A stretch of 60,101 nt of DNA from Candidatus Nanopelagicales bacterium (GTDB lineage: Bacteria; Actinomycetota; Actinomycetes; S36-B12): contig JBDNFH010000127.1 of NCBI GenBank assembly GCA_041689915.1, positions 1 through 60,101 of the forward strand, read 5' to 3'. How positions within the stretch are numbered: position 1 is the first letter of the stretch; each line of letters starts with the position of its first letter. The notes below the pieces were generated by a model. That model saw only the letters and a list, made by a program, of their open reading frames with translations. It did not search any database and was not told where the DNA came from. The translations under genes were made by a program, and so were the position numbers. This document shows, in pieces, positions 12,309 to 23,801 of this stretch.

Positions 12309-13157
12309 CTATACCGTTTTTCCTTCGGTTGGCTCAGCAGGTGCGGCAATTACTTCCCGCCCGGGCCGCATACGCGCCGAGATCACCAAGTAGGCCAGCG
12401 CTCCCAGGCCAACCACGATCGAGGTCCACACATTGAGGCGGAGTCCCAAAATTTCATTGGCGCTATCAATTCGAAGGGCTTCAATCCAGACTCGGCCCAC
12501 CGTGTAGAGCAGCACGTACAGGGCAAATGCCCTGCCATGACCGAGGTTGAATCTACGATCAGCCCAGATCACAACCAGCGCCACTCCCACCAGCCACAGG
12601 GACTCATAGAGAAACGTGGGGTGAAACGTCGAGTAATCAACGTAGCCTGACGGTCGATTTGCCGGTGAAATTTCCAATCCCCACGGCAATGTCATGGGTG
12701 AACCGAAGAGTTCTTGGTTGAAGTAGTTGCCCCACCGCCCGATCGCTTGGGCAAGTGCGATTCCCGGAGCGATTGCATCAGCTATTGGTGGAAGGGCAAC
12801 GCCACTGCGACGAGCGCCGATCCATGCACCAACTGCGCCCAGGGCTACCGCGCCCCAAATTCCTAGGCCGCCATCCCAGATGCGCAGAGCCGCAATGAAT
12901 CCTCTCCCTTCGGCGCCAAAATAAATCTGCCAGTCGGTGACCACGTGGTAGAGGCGTCCGCCAACGATTCCGAATGGAACCGCCCAGACGGCAATGTCAG
13001 TAATCACGCCCGGGCGGCCGCCGCGTGCTTCATAACGCTTATTGCCCAAGATAATGGCAACGATTATTCCCAGCACAATGAACAATGCGTATGCCCTAAT
13101 GGGGATTGGGCCTAAATCCCATACACCGTTATCGGGGCTGGGGATGAATGTTTTCAT
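12309..13157 (-). CDS. lgt: Prolipoprotein diacylglyceryl transferase
   Basis: 282 aa and polytopic, with the Lgt motifs GIVGGRLYH and [13 protein letters not shown]. Confidence 0.92.
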   Translation of the reverse strand: MKTFIPSPDNGVWDLGPIPIRAYALFIVLGIIVAIILGNKRYEARGGRPGVITDIAVWAVPFGIVGGRLYHVVTDWQIYFGAEGRGFIAALRIWDGGLGIWGAVALGAVGAWIGARRSGVALPPIADAIAPGIALAQAIGRWGNYFNQELFGSPMTLPWGLEISPANRPSGYVDYSTFHPTFLYESLWLVGVALVVIWADRRFNLGHGRAFALYVLLYTVGRVWIEALRIDSANEILGLRLNVWTSIVVGLGALAYLVISARMRPGREVIAAPAEPTEGKTV

Positions 13158-13175
13158 GTGAGAGTCCGTTACTAA

Positions 13176-13976
13176 CTACGACTTGGAAGCTACGAGGTCA
13201 GCGAGAGCAATTGGATCTGCCAAAACTTCAGTTCCCACAGGTTCACCATTGAGAAAGCCTGATGGCGTACCTCCGATTTGCGAGGTGGCAAATTCTTGAT
13301 TGGTGTTTGCCGCCCAGGCAAGATAAGTGCCGTCGGTGAGGCACTGGGAGAAGGCCGGGAGATCCGCGTCAGCAACACCTGATTGAGCAGCGAATGACAG
13401 GAGCTGCTCGTCGGTGTAACCAACACCCTCTTCAGTGGGCTGGCCAGCATAGACCGCATTGTGGTATTCCTTGGTTTTGTCACGGTCAATCGCGCATCCC
13501 CATGCGGCAATGGCACGGTGTGATGAATCATTTCCTAGATTTGCATCAAGGAATGCGGTCGGACGGTAAATGAGTTGAACTTTTCCTTCTTCAGCAAGTT
13601 GTTCGATTCCAACTCCATTGGCTATTTCAAGTGCACCACAGGCTGGGCACTGAAAGTCTTCCCACACTTCAAGAACTGGTACTTCCGCACTGCCAGTGCC
13701 GTAGGGCACTCCGAACGGGGTCGGTGAGTCGGCCGCAAAGACGTCGACCGGCAAAGCTGCTGCGGGATCTGGGGCAACAATGCCACTGGTCGAACCACTT
13801 GCATCACTGGATGGGCTACTGCTGCTGGCGTAAACCGCGACTCCGATGATAGCTGCCATGACAGCAACCACTGCTGCTCCACCAATGATGCGAACCGTGC
13901 GCTCGCGACGTTTCTCGGACGCTTGAGCTACACCACGTGCTTCTGCAGCTCGTTCGCGGCGACCCTTTTCACCCAT
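13176..13976 (-). CDS. Membrane-anchored DsbA-family thiol:disulfide oxidoreductase
   Basis: 266 aa with an N-terminal TM anchor, a Ser-rich linker and a thioredoxin-fold CPAC active site (WEDFQCPACG). It sits between trpA and lgt, as in other actinobacteria. The start codon is uncertain. Confidence 0.75.
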   Translation of the reverse strand: MGEKGRRERAAEARGVAQASEKRRERTVRIIGGAAVVAVMAAIIGVAVYASSSSPSSDASGSTSGIVAPDPAAALPVDVFAADSPTPFGVPYGTGSAEVPVLEVWEDFQCPACGALEIANGVGIEQLAEEGKVQLIYRPTAFLDANLGNDSSHRAIAAWGCAIDRDKTKEYHNAVYAGQPTEEGVGYTDEQLLSFAAQSGVADADLPAFSQCLTDGTYLAWAANTNQEFATSQIGGTPSGFLNGEPVGTEVLADPIALADLVASKS

Positions 13977-14047
13977 TGCACCCGCTCCTATTCACATTCT
14001 TTTGGACCTACCGTGACAAATTGAATCTTTAGAATAAGCGAAGCCAC

Positions 14048-14848
14048 CTAGCGCCCCTGACGTACCCCTTCGGCGAGTTCCCGCGCAAGTTCGGCAACTG
14101 CGTTGGCGCCACCTGTATTTGCTGCTTTGACAAAGGCCGATCCGACAATTACCCCGTCGGCGTATTTCGCAATTTCGGTTGCCTGAATGCCATTTGAGAC
14201 TCCCAGACCTACCGCAATGGGAAGGTCTGTGCATTGACGAACACGCGCTACTAACTCAGGTGCCATATTGCTCACGTGATCTCGCGCGCCGGTAACCCCC
14301 ATGGTCGAGGCCGCGTACACGAAGCCCTTGGTTTGTTGACAAATCTGGGTGATTCTCTCGTTCGTGGATGACGGGGCGACCAGGAAAATCGGGTCAACGT
14401 CATGTGCTAGTGCCGCTGCTATCCAGGGCTGTGCCTCTTCAATTGTGAGATCCGGGGTGATTACGCCCACTCCACCGGCCTGCTGCAGTTCGCGAGCGAA
14501 GCGTTCAACTCCAAATTGCTCGATGGGGTTCCAGTAGCTCATGACTACCGGCACGACCCCAAGCCCAGCAACGGATTTGACAACCGTCAACACCGACGCA
14601 GGGGTCGCCCCATTGGTCAGCGCTTGATCAACCGCCTGTTGAATGACGGGGCCATCCATTAATGGATCTGAATAGGGAAGCCCAACCTCAATGAGGTCAA
14701 CTCCCCCTTCACACATTGCTTTCACGAGTTCAAGAGACTCTCCCAAAGTGGGAAAGCCGGCCGGTAAATAACCAATGAGTAGTGCCCGGCCCTCACTTTT
14801 TGCCTGGGCAAATGCCAAACCGATTGCGCCAGCACCCGTTGTGTTCAC
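14048..14848 (-). CDS. trpA: Tryptophan synthase alpha chain
   Basis: 266 aa with the motif GLPYSDPLMDGPVIQ. It follows trpB after 3 nt. Confidence 0.95.
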   Translation of the reverse strand: MNTTGAGAIGLAFAQAKSEGRALLIGYLPAGFPTLGESLELVKAMCEGGVDLIEVGLPYSDPLMDGPVIQQAVDQALTNGATPASVLTVVKSVAGLGVVPVVMSYWNPIEQFGVERFARELQQAGGVGVITPDLTIEEAQPWIAAALAHDVDPIFLVAPSSTNERITQICQQTKGFVYAASTMGVTGARDHVSNMAPELVARVRQCTDLPIAVGLGVSNGIQATEIAKYADGVIVGSAFVKAANTGGANAVAELARELAEGVRQGR

Positions 14849-14851
14849 GAA

Positions 14852-16078
14852 TCAGCGCCCTTCAGAGTGTTCAAGCTCAATTCCAAACCAACGGGCAGCG
14901 GTTGCCACGTCTTTATCCCCGCGCCCACTGAGATTTAAAATTATCACAGAATCCGGGCCAAGTTCTTTACCCAATCGAATCGCGCCGGCTAACCCGTGCG
15001 CTGTTTCAATGGCCGGGATGATCCCCTCGGTGCGCGAGCACAGGGCGAATGCGTCCATGGCCTCAGAATCGTTGACCGGTTCGTAGATCGCCCGCCCAGT
15101 GTCGTGCAACCAAGCATGTTCAGGGCCCACGCCCGGGTAATCAAGCCCGGCACTGATGGAGTGTGAAGGCAAAGTTTGCCCCCATTTGTCCTGCATGACA
15201 TAAGTGCGAGCGCCGTGGAGCACCCCTGGCCTGCCCGCTGAGAATCTTGCCGCATGTCGACCGGTTTCGACTCCGTCACCACCGGCCTCGTAGCCCCTCA
15301 ATTGCACGTCAAGGTCATCGATGAAACCACTGAAAAGCCCCATGGCATTGGAGCCTCCACCAACACACGCTGCCACAGCGTCTGGTAAACGACCTTCAAC
15401 TGCCAAGATCTGTTCGCGCGATTCGCGTCCAATCACCGAATGGAAGTGACGCACCATGTCGGGAAACGGCGAGGGTCCGGTGACCGTTCCCAATACGTAA
15501 TGGGTAGTTTCAACGGATGCAACCCAGTCGCGCATCGCTTCGTTGATCGCATCCTTGAGGGTCTTGCTCCCATGTGTCACGGGAACGACTTCGGCGCCAA
15601 GGAGTTTCATCCGCGCCACGTTGAGTGCCTGACGCCTGGTGTCTTCCTCGCCCATGTACACGACGCATTCCAGGCCCAATAGCGCCGCAGCCGTCGCGGT
15701 TGCGACTCCGTGTTGGCCTGCACCAGTTTCAGCAATGACCCGCGTTTTTCCCATGCGCTGGGCGAGCAGTGCTTGGCCCAAAGCATTATTTATTTTATGT
15801 GATCCGGTGTGATTTAGGTCTTCACGTTTGAAATAAATGTGCGCACCATTGCAATACTGACCAAATCTCAACGCTCGTGTGAGCGGTGAGGGACGTCCGG
15901 TGTAATCCCGCTCTAAATCTGACAGCCGAACGGCAAAATCTGGATCAGCGATGGCTATGCGAAAGGCAGCATCTAATTGATCGAGTGCGCTCGTTAGTGC
16001 CTCGGGCACGAATCTGCCACCGTAAGGACCAAAATGGCCCCGAAGTTCTACCCCACGTTCAACTTCGGATGTAGTCAT
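14852..16078 (-). CDS. trpB: Tryptophan synthase beta chain
   Basis: 408 aa with the PLP-lysine motif HTGSHKINN and GGGSNAMG. It overlaps the trpC stop by 4 nt. Confidence 0.96.
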   Translation of the reverse strand: MTTSEVERGVELRGHFGPYGGRFVPEALTSALDQLDAAFRIAIADPDFAVRLSDLERDYTGRPSPLTRALRFGQYCNGAHIYFKREDLNHTGSHKINNALGQALLAQRMGKTRVIAETGAGQHGVATATAAALLGLECVVYMGEEDTRRQALNVARMKLLGAEVVPVTHGSKTLKDAINEAMRDWVASVETTHYVLGTVTGPSPFPDMVRHFHSVIGRESREQILAVEGRLPDAVAACVGGGSNAMGLFSGFIDDLDVQLRGYEAGGDGVETGRHAARFSAGRPGVLHGARTYVMQDKWGQTLPSHSISAGLDYPGVGPEHAWLHDTGRAIYEPVNDSEAMDAFALCSRTEGIIPAIETAHGLAGAIRLGKELGPDSVIILNLSGRGDKDVATAARWFGIELEHSEGR

Positions 16079-16887
16079 GCCCTACCCCGCGACCGACACG
16101 CGGGGTGCGCACCTGCAGCAACTAATTCTTGAACTGCTTCCCTGGGATTACCACCCACAACCAGTGACTCCCCTACAAGTACAGCGTCAGCGCCCGCATC
16201 GGCATAATTCATAAGATCATGATGGTCGCGAACCCCAGACTCGGCAATTCGAATACATGAGGTGGGGATCCGACTGGCAACGCGACTAAAAGTTGAGCGA
16301 TCTACTTCCAGGGTCTTTAAGTTTCGTGCATTTACTCCGATAACTGCGGCGCCAGCGCCAAGTGCGCGATCAATTTCTTCTTCGTCGTGTACTTCAATGA
16401 GTGCGGTAAGGCCCAGACTATGTGTTCGCTCAATAAGAGACACCAGTACCTCTTGCTCAAGGGCTGCCACGATCAATAGCACCATGTCTGCGCCATAAGC
16501 CTTAGCTTCCCACAACTGGTAACTTCCAATAACAAAATCTTTGCGCAGCACCGGAATGTCCACCGCAGCACGTACTTCTCTCAAGTCAGCCAGACTTCCA
16601 CCAAAGCGGCGTTCTTCGGTGAGCACACTGATGCAATGCGCGCCACCTGCTTCGTATTCGGCGGCGAGTAACCCTGGGTTGGGGATTTGTGCAAGTACGC
16701 CCTTACTGGGGCTTGCTCTCTTCACTTCTGCGATCACGCACACATCAGGGCCACCAAGAATTGCTTTAACATTTTGGGCTTCGCGCACCTTGAGCGCTCG
16801 CTCCTTCAACTGCTCAAGTGTGGTGTGCTCCATGCGCACAGCAACATCTTCGCGAACACCAGCGATTATGTCGTCTAAAACCGTCAC
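16075..16887 (-). CDS. trpC: Indole-3-glycerol phosphate synthase
   Basis: The ORF track runs to 17019 and overlaps the kinase gene. I place the start at the GTG at 16887 ([11 protein letters not shown]...), which matches the usual TrpC N-terminus and leaves a 25-nt gap after the kinase stop. The exact start is uncertain. Confidence 0.88.
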   Translation of the reverse strand: MTVLDDIIAGVREDVAVRMEHTTLEQLKERALKVREAQNVKAILGGPDVCVIAEVKRASPSKGVLAQIPNPGLLAAEYEAGGAHCISVLTEERRFGGSLADLREVRAAVDIPVLRKDFVIGSYQLWEAKAYGADMVLLIVAALEQEVLVSLIERTHSLGLTALIEVHDEEEIDRALGAGAAVIGVNARNLKTLEVDRSTFSRVASRIPTSCIRIAESGVRDHHDLMNYADAGADAVLVGESLVVGGNPREAVQELVAAGAHPACRSRGRA

Positions 16888-16912
16888 GCTGGTAGCGTAG
16901 CCGTACCCGAAT

Positions 16913-18286
16913 TCACACTTTATTTCGCTGTGGGATTTCAATGGTAAATCTGGCTCCCCCTTCGGGTGCCGGTCCAACTTTCGCACACCCACCCATTCCG
17001 GTCGCCAACCGTCCCACAAGTGCTAAACCAATCCCGGTTCCCACCGGCCGCACTCCCCGATACCGTTCATAAAGTGCCCCAGGTTCAAATGCCACCTTTT
17101 GGTCATCAGCACTTAGGCCAGGACCTGAATCGCGAACCTCGATGACGAGAGAACTCATTAATTGCTCAATTCTAATTGCCAGGGTGCTGTAACTCGGACT
17201 CAACCTCAGTGCATTTTCTGCCAAATTGTCCACAATTTGTCGAAGCCTGAAGGGATCTCCAATAAATTCACCGCTCACAAAAATTTCGCACTCAAGATTC
17301 ACTTGTGATTCTTGGCAGCGATAACCCCAGACTTGACACACTTCACTTGCAAATACCGGTAGGTCAATTGCCACCTCTGAGATAGCAAAATCAACCGCAC
17401 CGAGTCTGGCCAAGTCCAGGAGATCACTGACTAATCGATCCAGGCGCGCTGACTCGGATGAAATGAGGCGTGCGGCGTCAATTGCTTTGCTTCCCGACAA
17501 TATGCCGTCCGCGATCGCTTCGCTGTAACCCTTCACAGCAGTGAGCGGGGTTCGAAATTCGTGCGAGACAGATAACAGGAATTCACGCTGGCGCACTTCA
17601 GAAGCGATCAATGCAGAATCAAGTGCATTGAGCGAAGTCAAAATTTCATCAACCTCTTTTGGTCCCATAGATGCTAGTTCCACACCACGTGATCCACTTG
17701 CCATAGACATGGCTGCCGTGCTTGCTCGGCGCAGAGGTCTTGCTAAACGTTGCGCAGCAAAAACCCCTAACGGAATTGCAATTATCAAACCGATTGCGAG
17801 CGCCAACGCAAGTCGCCAAATAATCGTTCCAGCACTGGCCCCAGCGACCGAGATAGGTTGAATCAGAATTACTGAACCATCAGCACTCAATGGTCGACCC
17901 TCAATTAAGTACTCGCTGTCCACTGATGAAACCCGACCCGAGATGTCCTGGCCGTCATTGAGTTGATCGACATAAGTTTGCGGAAAATTAAAGGGTAAGT
18001 CGTCAAGATTCGGCGATCCCAGTGGAATCAGATAAGCCGAGATTGATTCCCTTTGAAGGGTCTTAATCAAGCCTTGCCCAACACCAAGTCCTGTTCCTGA
18101 TCCCTGCTGATCAATTGCATTAGCCGTCACATTGGCCAATTGCGCAAGATTTTTGGCGCCGACATCTTGTGAACTGGATACAACGAGTGGATAGGACACA
18201 AGCCCCGCCACCACAATCGCTATCGTGGCAACAGCGCTCGTAAGGAGTACGAGGAGTGCGACAATGCTCCACCTACGCAATTTCAC
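16913..18286 (-). CDS. Sensor histidine kinase (2 TM, roughly 130-aa extracytoplasmic loop, HAMP, HisKA, HATPase_c)
   Basis: 457 aa with the H-box [11 protein letters not shown], the N-box DNLAENALR and the G-box GTGIGLALV. Two hydrophobic segments flank a periplasmic-type loop. Confidence 0.88.
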   Translation of the reverse strand: MKLRRWSIVALLVLLTSAVATIAIVVAGLVSYPLVVSSSQDVGAKNLAQLANVTANAIDQQGSGTGLGVGQGLIKTLQRESISAYLIPLGSPNLDDLPFNFPQTYVDQLNDGQDISGRVSSVDSEYLIEGRPLSADGSVILIQPISVAGASAGTIIWRLALALAIGLIIAIPLGVFAAQRLARPLRRASTAAMSMASGSRGVELASMGPKEVDEILTSLNALDSALIASEVRQREFLLSVSHEFRTPLTAVKGYSEAIADGILSGSKAIDAARLISSESARLDRLVSDLLDLARLGAVDFAISEVAIDLPVFASEVCQVWGYRCQESQVNLECEIFVSGEFIGDPFRLRQIVDNLAENALRLSPSYSTLAIRIEQLMSSLVIEVRDSGPGLSADDQKVAFEPGALYERYRGVRPVGTGIGLALVGRLATGMGGCAKVGPAPEGGARFTIEIPQRNKV

Positions 18287-18969
18287 GTGAGGGTTTCATG
18301 TGACGGTGCTTCCCATGAATACCCAACCCCGCGAACAGTGCGAATCGGTGCATCAATGCCAAGTTTTGTTCGAATCTGGGCAATATGCACGTCAATCGTT
18401 CGTGTCCCCAATGCCTCTGAATAGCCCCACACATTTTCGAGCAATTCCAAACGTTCAATAACTTGCCCGGGGCGAGCCATGAGATAGGCCACTAAGTCAA
18501 ACTCGGTCGCGGTAAGGACAACTGGTTTTCCATTGTGTGATGCGCGCCGAGTTTTTAGATTCAATTGAACGCCCTCTGCTCCAAGGATTTCGCTCGCGCT
18601 CAATTGATGCGCAGACCTGCGGACAATCGCTTTAACCCTCGCTACAAGTTCCCTGGGACTAAATGGTTTGGTCACGTAGTCGTCTGCGCCCAGCTCAAGG
18701 CCCAGCACTCGATCTACTTCGTCCTCACGTGCTGTGCAGAAAACTATTGGTGTCCAATCGTTAGCGGCACGCAGTTGACGACAAATCTGAGTTCCATCCA
18801 ATTTGGGAAGTCCAACGTCAAGGATTATGAGATCAAAGTTTTCATTTTGCGCCGCGGCTAATCCTGATTCACCGTCAAAACGAGTTTGCACTTCAAAGCC
18901 TTCGCGGGTGAGATAAACACCGATGAGATCTGAGATGGGTCGCTCATCTTCGACCACGAGGACTCTCAT
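18283..18969 (-). CDS. OmpR/PhoB-family response regulator
   Basis: 228 aa with a receiver domain (DLIILDVGLP, KPF) and a C-terminal winged-helix domain (VHIAQIRTKL..RTVRGVGY). It overlaps the kinase start by 4 nt. Confidence 0.92.
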   Translation of the reverse strand: MRVLVVEDERPISDLIGVYLTREGFEVQTRFDGESGLAAAQNENFDLIILDVGLPKLDGTQICRQLRAANDWTPIVFCTAREDEVDRVLGLELGADDYVTKPFSPRELVARVKAIVRRSAHQLSASEILGAEGVQLNLKTRRASHNGKPVVLTATEFDLVAYLMARPGQVIERLELLENVWGYSEALGTRTIDVHIAQIRTKLGIDAPIRTVRGVGYSWEAPSHETLT

Positions 18970-18994
18970 GTGGTCACCATGAATTAACTCGAAT

Positions 18995-19204
18995 TTACGC
19001 GTTTACGGTTTTCTTGCCCAGACCCATCATGGCCATGACCTTGCCAACCACTGCGCCAAGAACTACGAGTCCTACACCAACCCAAAACAGTGGCCAATTC
19101 CCCAAAATGATCGCAAGGGTTCCCACAACAAATGCCAGAATAATAATGACAACGGCGGTCCAAGCTGCAGGGGTCGAACCATGATCCTCGTATTGGTCAC
19201 TCAT
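18995..19204 (-). CDS. HGxxPAAW-family small membrane protein (trp-region associated)
   Basis: 69 aa with the motif HGSTPAAW followed by two TM helices. It occupies the conserved actinobacterial position between the Trp-region membrane protein and trpC. Confidence 0.75.
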   Translation of the reverse strand: MSDQYEDHGSTPAAWTAVVIIILAFVVGTLAIILGNWPLFWVGVGLVVLGAVVGKVMAMMGLGKKTVNA

Positions 19205-19212
19205 GGCGGTAT

Positions 19213-19713
19213 CTAATCATGGGAGCGTCCCTTATCCGGATCTGACTCAAGTGTTGGGTCAACACCGGCATCAAGCTGGGCCCACGTATCTTGCTCCGGT
19301 GGTATTGATCTCGAGTATTTTCCACCCAAAGTCGGCCAATTCTTCGATGTCAAAGCGACAATCATGTTCGTGATCACCAATCCGACACTGAGCGCGATTG
19401 CAACAACCCATAACGCATTTAGGCCGTCCTTATCGAGAAGAATCAAGGAATAAATCCCTATCGTCGAAATGACTGCGCCAAGGGTTCCCAGAATTCTCCG
19501 CCCCCACGTACTGGTTGCCAAGATGCCAATGACCACTGCCAAGGAAACCGAGCCAACGGCAAAAATAAATGAATCGAGGTCCGATCCCGCAAATTCCTGC
19601 GAGGCAAGTTCACTCTGTACCGAACCCCAGATAAGTCCACCCACCCACAGCAGAACCCCGGCAATAATTGACTGTAGAGCAATTGTCAGGAAATATTTTC
19701 TCGCTGGCGACAC
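19213..19713 (-). CDS. Trp-biosynthesis-associated membrane protein (Rv1610-like)
   Basis: 166 aa with 4 TM and the C-terminal DTWAQLDAGVDPT motif typical of the family found directly downstream of trpE in actinobacteria. Confidence 0.7.
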   Translation of the reverse strand: MSPARKYFLTIALQSIIAGVLLWVGGLIWGSVQSELASQEFAGSDLDSFIFAVGSVSLAVVIGILATSTWGRRILGTLGAVISTIGIYSLILLDKDGLNALWVVAIALSVGLVITNMIVALTSKNWPTLGGKYSRSIPPEQDTWAQLDAGVDPTLESDPDKGRSHD

Positions 19714-19728
19714 TGCACATACCTTCGA

Positions 19729-21273
19729 TTAATTCTCAAGTTGTTGAGCCAAGGCAACGGCTCGAATAAGGGCCATAGCTTTATTGACACACTCGTCATT
19801 TTCCCTAGCGGGGACTGAATCTGCCACGATTCCACCACCAGCCTGAATGTGAGCGATTCCATGTTTTAGTAATGCGGTGCGAATGGCAATTGCCATGTCC
19901 ATGTTGCCGGCGAAATCAAAATACCCGACACAGCCGCCGTAGAGCCCGCGCCGCTCGGATTCAAGTTCCTCAATAATCTGCATCGCGCGTGGCTTCGGTG
20001 CACCTGAAAGCGTCCCAGCAGGGAAAGTCGCCCTAAGAACCGTAAACGCATCTTCATTGAAGTTAAGTTCACCTGTCACAGTGGACACTAAATGCATGAC
20101 ATGTGAGTAACGTTCAACGTGCATAAAGTCAATGACGTTGACACTACCCGGAGTGCAAACCCGACCAAGGTCGTTACGAGCGAGGTCAACTAACATTAAG
20201 TGCTCTGCGCGTTCTTTCTTGTCGTCCAACAAATCTTGTGCCAACACACGATCGCGCTCCGGGTCTGCGCTTCGCCAGCGTGTTCCAGCGATCGGATGCA
20301 CCACCGCATTGCGGTTACGCACCGTGACCAACGCTTCCGGTGAAGACCCAATAATTTCAAAAGCAACGCGACTGAAATCTTGTGGATCAGGGACCCTGAC
20401 CAAGTACATGTAGGGACTTGGATTAGTTGATCGCAGAATCCGGTAGATGCTGAGTGCACTTGCCTTGGTTGGCACACTAAACCGCTGGGAAAGCACTACC
20501 TGGAATGCATCACCCGCACGGATGTACTCCTTGATCGTGTCAATGTTTTTTAAATATGTCTCTTCGCTTGTCACCCGTGGAGGTAAAGTTAACTCTGCAT
20601 CAAGTACCGGCATTGCGAGCGCCCCGCTCGATGCAATGTGGGCCAAGGACTCTTGCATTTGGTCAAGTCGAGTAATTGAATTTGCATATGCTTGCTCGAC
20701 ACGCTCGGGAGAATTGTCAAAATTAATTGCATTAGCGATCAACGTCACCGTGCTCTGAAGGTGATCAACCACGGCGATATCTGACGCCAATAGGAAACCC
20801 AGATCAGGTATCTCGAGTGAATCACTTGTCGACTCACCAATTCCTTCCCAGTTGCGCACAATGTCGTAGGACATGTATCCAACGAGACCACCCGTAAACG
20901 GGAAGTCTCCTGCGCCCGAAACCTTTGACTTCTGGGTGTGCAATTGGTTCAGGGTTGCTTCAAGTATGTCAAGGGCCAAGCCACTTTGTGGCAGGCCTTC
21001 GGGCACTCGCCCACTCCACACCGCTTTCCCTTGCGACTCCGAGAGCATCGCAGCGCTATTAACCCCGATAAATGAATAGCGTGACCATTGGACACCGGCT
21101 TCCGCCGATTCCAGTAGGAAGGTGCCGGCCCGCTCCCCGCACAGTGCGTGAAATAGACCGATTGCGCTGACATGATCGACTAAGAGCGATCGAGAAACTG
21201 CCACAACTCTTTGGATTTGAGCCAGCTCGCGAAACCGCTCAAAATCTGGAGCATCCGAATTTTCCTGTGTCAC
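19729..21273 (-). CDS. trpE: Anthranilate synthase component I
   Basis: 514 aa with the chorismate-binding fold, FLLESAE near the N-terminus and a conserved C-terminal catalytic region. Its GTG start overlaps the hisI TGA (GTGA). Confidence 0.95.
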   Translation of the reverse strand: MTQENSDAPDFERFRELAQIQRVVAVSRSLLVDHVSAIGLFHALCGERAGTFLLESAEAGVQWSRYSFIGVNSAAMLSESQGKAVWSGRVPEGLPQSGLALDILEATLNQLHTQKSKVSGAGDFPFTGGLVGYMSYDIVRNWEGIGESTSDSLEIPDLGFLLASDIAVVDHLQSTVTLIANAINFDNSPERVEQAYANSITRLDQMQESLAHIASSGALAMPVLDAELTLPPRVTSEETYLKNIDTIKEYIRAGDAFQVVLSQRFSVPTKASALSIYRILRSTNPSPYMYLVRVPDPQDFSRVAFEIIGSSPEALVTVRNRNAVVHPIAGTRWRSADPERDRVLAQDLLDDKKERAEHLMLVDLARNDLGRVCTPGSVNVIDFMHVERYSHVMHLVSTVTGELNFNEDAFTVLRATFPAGTLSGAPKPRAMQIIEELESERRGLYGGCVGYFDFAGNMDMAIAIRTALLKHGIAHIQAGGGIVADSVPARENDECVNKAMALIRAVALAQQLEN

Positions 21274-21608
21274 TTGTCAATACCTCGATCGAAAAAACAG
21301 GTGGGGTTACCAGTGTGACAAGCAGGTCCACTTTGATCGACAACGAGTAGAAGAGTGTCCCCGTCACAATCAGCTCGCAGACTCTGAACCGATTGACTAT
21401 TTCCTGATTCTTCGCCTTTAACCCAGATTTTGTTCCGGCTGCGGGAAAAATATGTCCCCAAACCTGTATCAATGGTCAACTGCACGGCTGTAGCGTTCAT
21501 CCAGGCCAACATCAGCACTTCTTTACTCATTGAATCTTGGGCAATTACCGGTACTAGGCCGTCTTCATCGAATCGAATCCGGGAAATGAACTCACTGGCC
21601 TGGTTCAT
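21270..21608 (-). CDS. hisI: Phosphoribosyl-AMP cyclohydrolase
   Basis: 112 aa, monofunctional HisI, with the motifs [17 protein letters not shown] and CDGDTLL. It overlaps hisF by 4 nt. Confidence 0.92.
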   Translation of the reverse strand: MNQASEFISRIRFDEDGLVPVIAQDSMSKEVLMLAWMNATAVQLTIDTGLGTYFSRSRNKIWVKGEESGNSQSVQSLRADCDGDTLLLVVDQSGPACHTGNPTCFFDRGIDK

Positions 21609-22405
21609 GGCACCAACTTAGTTGGCACACGAACCGGAATGGATTCAGCCTTAAGTGCATTTTTCACCTCAGCAATGGTAACTTCACCAAAATGGAAAAC
21701 ACTCGCGGCCAGGACCGCTTGCGCACCCGCGTTTATTGCGGCGGCAAAATCGCTTGGAGCGCCTGCCCCACCACTGGCAATAATCGGAACGTTCACTGCA
21801 GCGCGAACCGCTTGGATGAGTTCGAGATCAAAGCCGGACTTGGTGCCGTCGGCATCCATTGAGTTGAGCAAGATTTCACCTACGCCGTAGCCCGCCGCCG
21901 TCTGAGCCCATTGCACTGCATCAAGGCCAGCAGATTCACGACCCCCATGGGTGGTTACTCCAAACCCACTTGGTTGATCAGATTCTCGGCGGGCATCCAA
22001 TGAAAGCACAATGCATTGGGATCCAAATCGCTGCGCTGCTTCGCGCAGGAGCTCTGGACGGGAAATCGCTGCAGTGTTGATTGAGACTTTGTCAGCACCA
22101 GCACGCAGAAGTGCGTCAATATCCTCGATACTACGAATTCCACCGCCCACCGTTACCGGAATAAAAACTTGATCAGCGCTACGACGCACTAGTTCAAGTG
22201 TCGTCTCCCGATCTGAACTTGAAGCCGTGATGTCAAGAAATACCAGTTCGTCAATTCCGGCCGCCCCGTACCTGGATGCCAATTCGATCGGGTCGCCTGC
22301 ATCGACGAGATCGACAAAATTCACGCCCTTAACGACTCTGCCGGCATCAACGTCAAGGCAAGCAATAACTCGCGCAGCGAATGTCACGGCTGAGGAGGTC
22401 CCCAC
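21605..22405 (-). CDS. hisF: Imidazole glycerol phosphate synthase cyclase subunit
   Basis: 266 aa, a (beta/alpha)8 HisF ([14 protein letters not shown]). The start may lie slightly downstream of 22405, because the ORF overlaps priA by 22 nt. Confidence 0.94.
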   Translation of the reverse strand: MGTSSAVTFAARVIACLDVDAGRVVKGVNFVDLVDAGDPIELASRYGAAGIDELVFLDITASSSDRETTLELVRRSADQVFIPVTVGGGIRSIEDIDALLRAGADKVSINTAAISRPELLREAAQRFGSQCIVLSLDARRESDQPSGFGVTTHGGRESAGLDAVQWAQTAAGYGVGEILLNSMDADGTKSGFDLELIQAVRAAVNVPIIASGGAGAPSDFAAAINAGAQAVLAASVFHFGEVTIAEVKNALKAESIPVRVPTKLVP

Positions 22406-23142
22406 TGGTAGGGGTCATAGCGACCTTCAACGGCGACGAGTGCCTCTGGGAGACTAAAAGCTTGCTCATATAGCGCTTTACCAACAATCGCGCCCTCGAT
22501 CCCTTTCATCTCGGCTAGTTTGTGTAAATCTTCTAGCTTAGAGATTCCACCCGATGCGATTACCCTCGCACGAGTTGACTCGGTGACCTGCTTCAAAAGG
22601 TGAAAATTGGGTCCATGCATTGTGCCGTCTTTATGCACGTCAGTGACCACGTACCGGGTGCAACCGGCGGCGTCCAGCCGGCCAATTGTTTCCCAGAGGT
22701 CGCCGCCCTCGGTTGTCCAACCGCGGGCGGCCAATGTGTGTCCCTTCACGTCAAGGCCGACGGCAATTCGCTCGCCGTATTCAGCTATGACCGCTTCGGT
22801 CCAATCAGGATTTTCTAGCGCAGCAGTTCCTAGATTCACTCGAGCGCAACCGGTTGCAAGTGCCGCCGTTAAACTTTCATCACTTCTGATTCCCCCCGAG
22901 AGTTCAACTTTGACTTCTCGCCCGATTCTCTCGACCACGTGGGCAATTAAGGTTGCGTTGTCCCCGGTACCAAATGCTGCATCCAGATCAACCAGGTGAA
23001 TCCACTCTGCGCCCTGATTCACCCAGGTTTGGGCAGCATCGAGAGGTGAACCGTAAATGGTTTCACTTCCCGCTTTCCCTTGGACCAGGCGGACAGCTTT
23101 GCCGTCTTTGACGTCAACAGCGGGCAGGAGAGTGAATTTCAT
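22384..23142 (-). CDS. priA: Bifunctional ProFAR / phosphoribosylanthranilate isomerase (PriA-type HisA)
   Basis: 252 aa. [18 protein letters not shown]...[11 protein letters not shown]...[14 protein letters not shown] closely resembles actinobacterial PriA. No trpF is present in the trp cluster. Confidence 0.88.
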   Translation of the reverse strand: MKFTLLPAVDVKDGKAVRLVQGKAGSETIYGSPLDAAQTWVNQGAEWIHLVDLDAAFGTGDNATLIAHVVERIGREVKVELSGGIRSDESLTAALATGCARVNLGTAALENPDWTEAVIAEYGERIAVGLDVKGHTLAARGWTTEGGDLWETIGRLDAAGCTRYVVTDVHKDGTMHGPNFHLLKQVTESTRARVIASGGISKLEDLHKLAEMKGIEGAIVGKALYEQAFSLPEALVAVEGRYDPYQWGPPQP

Positions 23143-23151
23143 TCCTCCAGT

Positions 23152-23787
23152 CTAGGTGAGGGTGTCGATCCAGTTGTTGATCAGCGTGAGTCCAGCTTCG
23201 CCACTCTTCTCTGGGTGAAACTGGACCGCGGAAAGCGGGCCATTTTCCACCGCCGCGATAAAAGGTGCCCCGTAATCACTCCACGTAACCATTGGTGGGT
23301 GTTGATATGGGTCGGTATCGCTCATGGCCCACTCTTGTGCTGCATAGGAGTGCACGAAATAAAACAATTCGGACTCAACTCCGGCAAAGAGCGAAGTCGC
23401 AGCTGGTGGCGCAACATTGTTCCACCCCATGTGCGGGACGATCGGAGCCACCAAGCGATCAACGGTGCCGGGCCATTGGCCCAATCCTTCAGTACCAATT
23501 CCGTGCTCGATCCCCTGATCAAACATGATCTGCATTCCGACACAGATTCCCAACACGGGACGCTTGGCAACTAATCTGGCATCAACCAGTACGCCACCCC
23601 GAACCGTGTTTATTCCTTGCATGCAGGCGGCATAGGCTCCCACTCCTGGAATGATCAATCCGTCAGCATTAAGGCATGTATCAAAGTCCGAACTCAAAAT
23701 CGCGGTAGCTCCTACGTGCTCGGCGGCACGAACTGCCGACCGAACATTGCCAAAGCCGTAGTCGAGAACCGCAACCGTAGGTGACAT
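23152..23787 (-). CDS. hisH: Imidazole glycerol phosphate synthase glutaminase subunit
   Basis: 211 aa, class-I GATase (GICVGMQ, VHSY). Confidence 0.95.
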   Translation of the reverse strand: MSPTVAVLDYGFGNVRSAVRAAEHVGATAILSSDFDTCLNADGLIIPGVGAYAACMQGINTVRGGVLVDARLVAKRPVLGICVGMQIMFDQGIEHGIGTEGLGQWPGTVDRLVAPIVPHMGWNNVAPPAATSLFAGVESELFYFVHSYAAQEWAMSDTDPYQHPPMVTWSDYGAPFIAAVENGPLSAVQFHPEKSGEAGLTLINNWIDTLT

Positions 23788-23801
23788 AGAAAATTATCTC
23801 T

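Noticed and set aside
12203-12349. The N-terminal 49-codon extension of the gltB ORF, which overlaps lgt by 41 nt.
   Set aside because: The extension has no GltB similarity. The ATG at 12202 sits at the usual short distance before the catalytic Cys and removes the overlap.
16888-17019. The N-terminal extension of the trpC ORF into the histidine-kinase gene.
   Set aside because: TrpC homology begins at VTVLDDII. The extension overlaps the kinase C-terminus by more than 100 nt in a cluster where overlaps are otherwise 22 nt or less.
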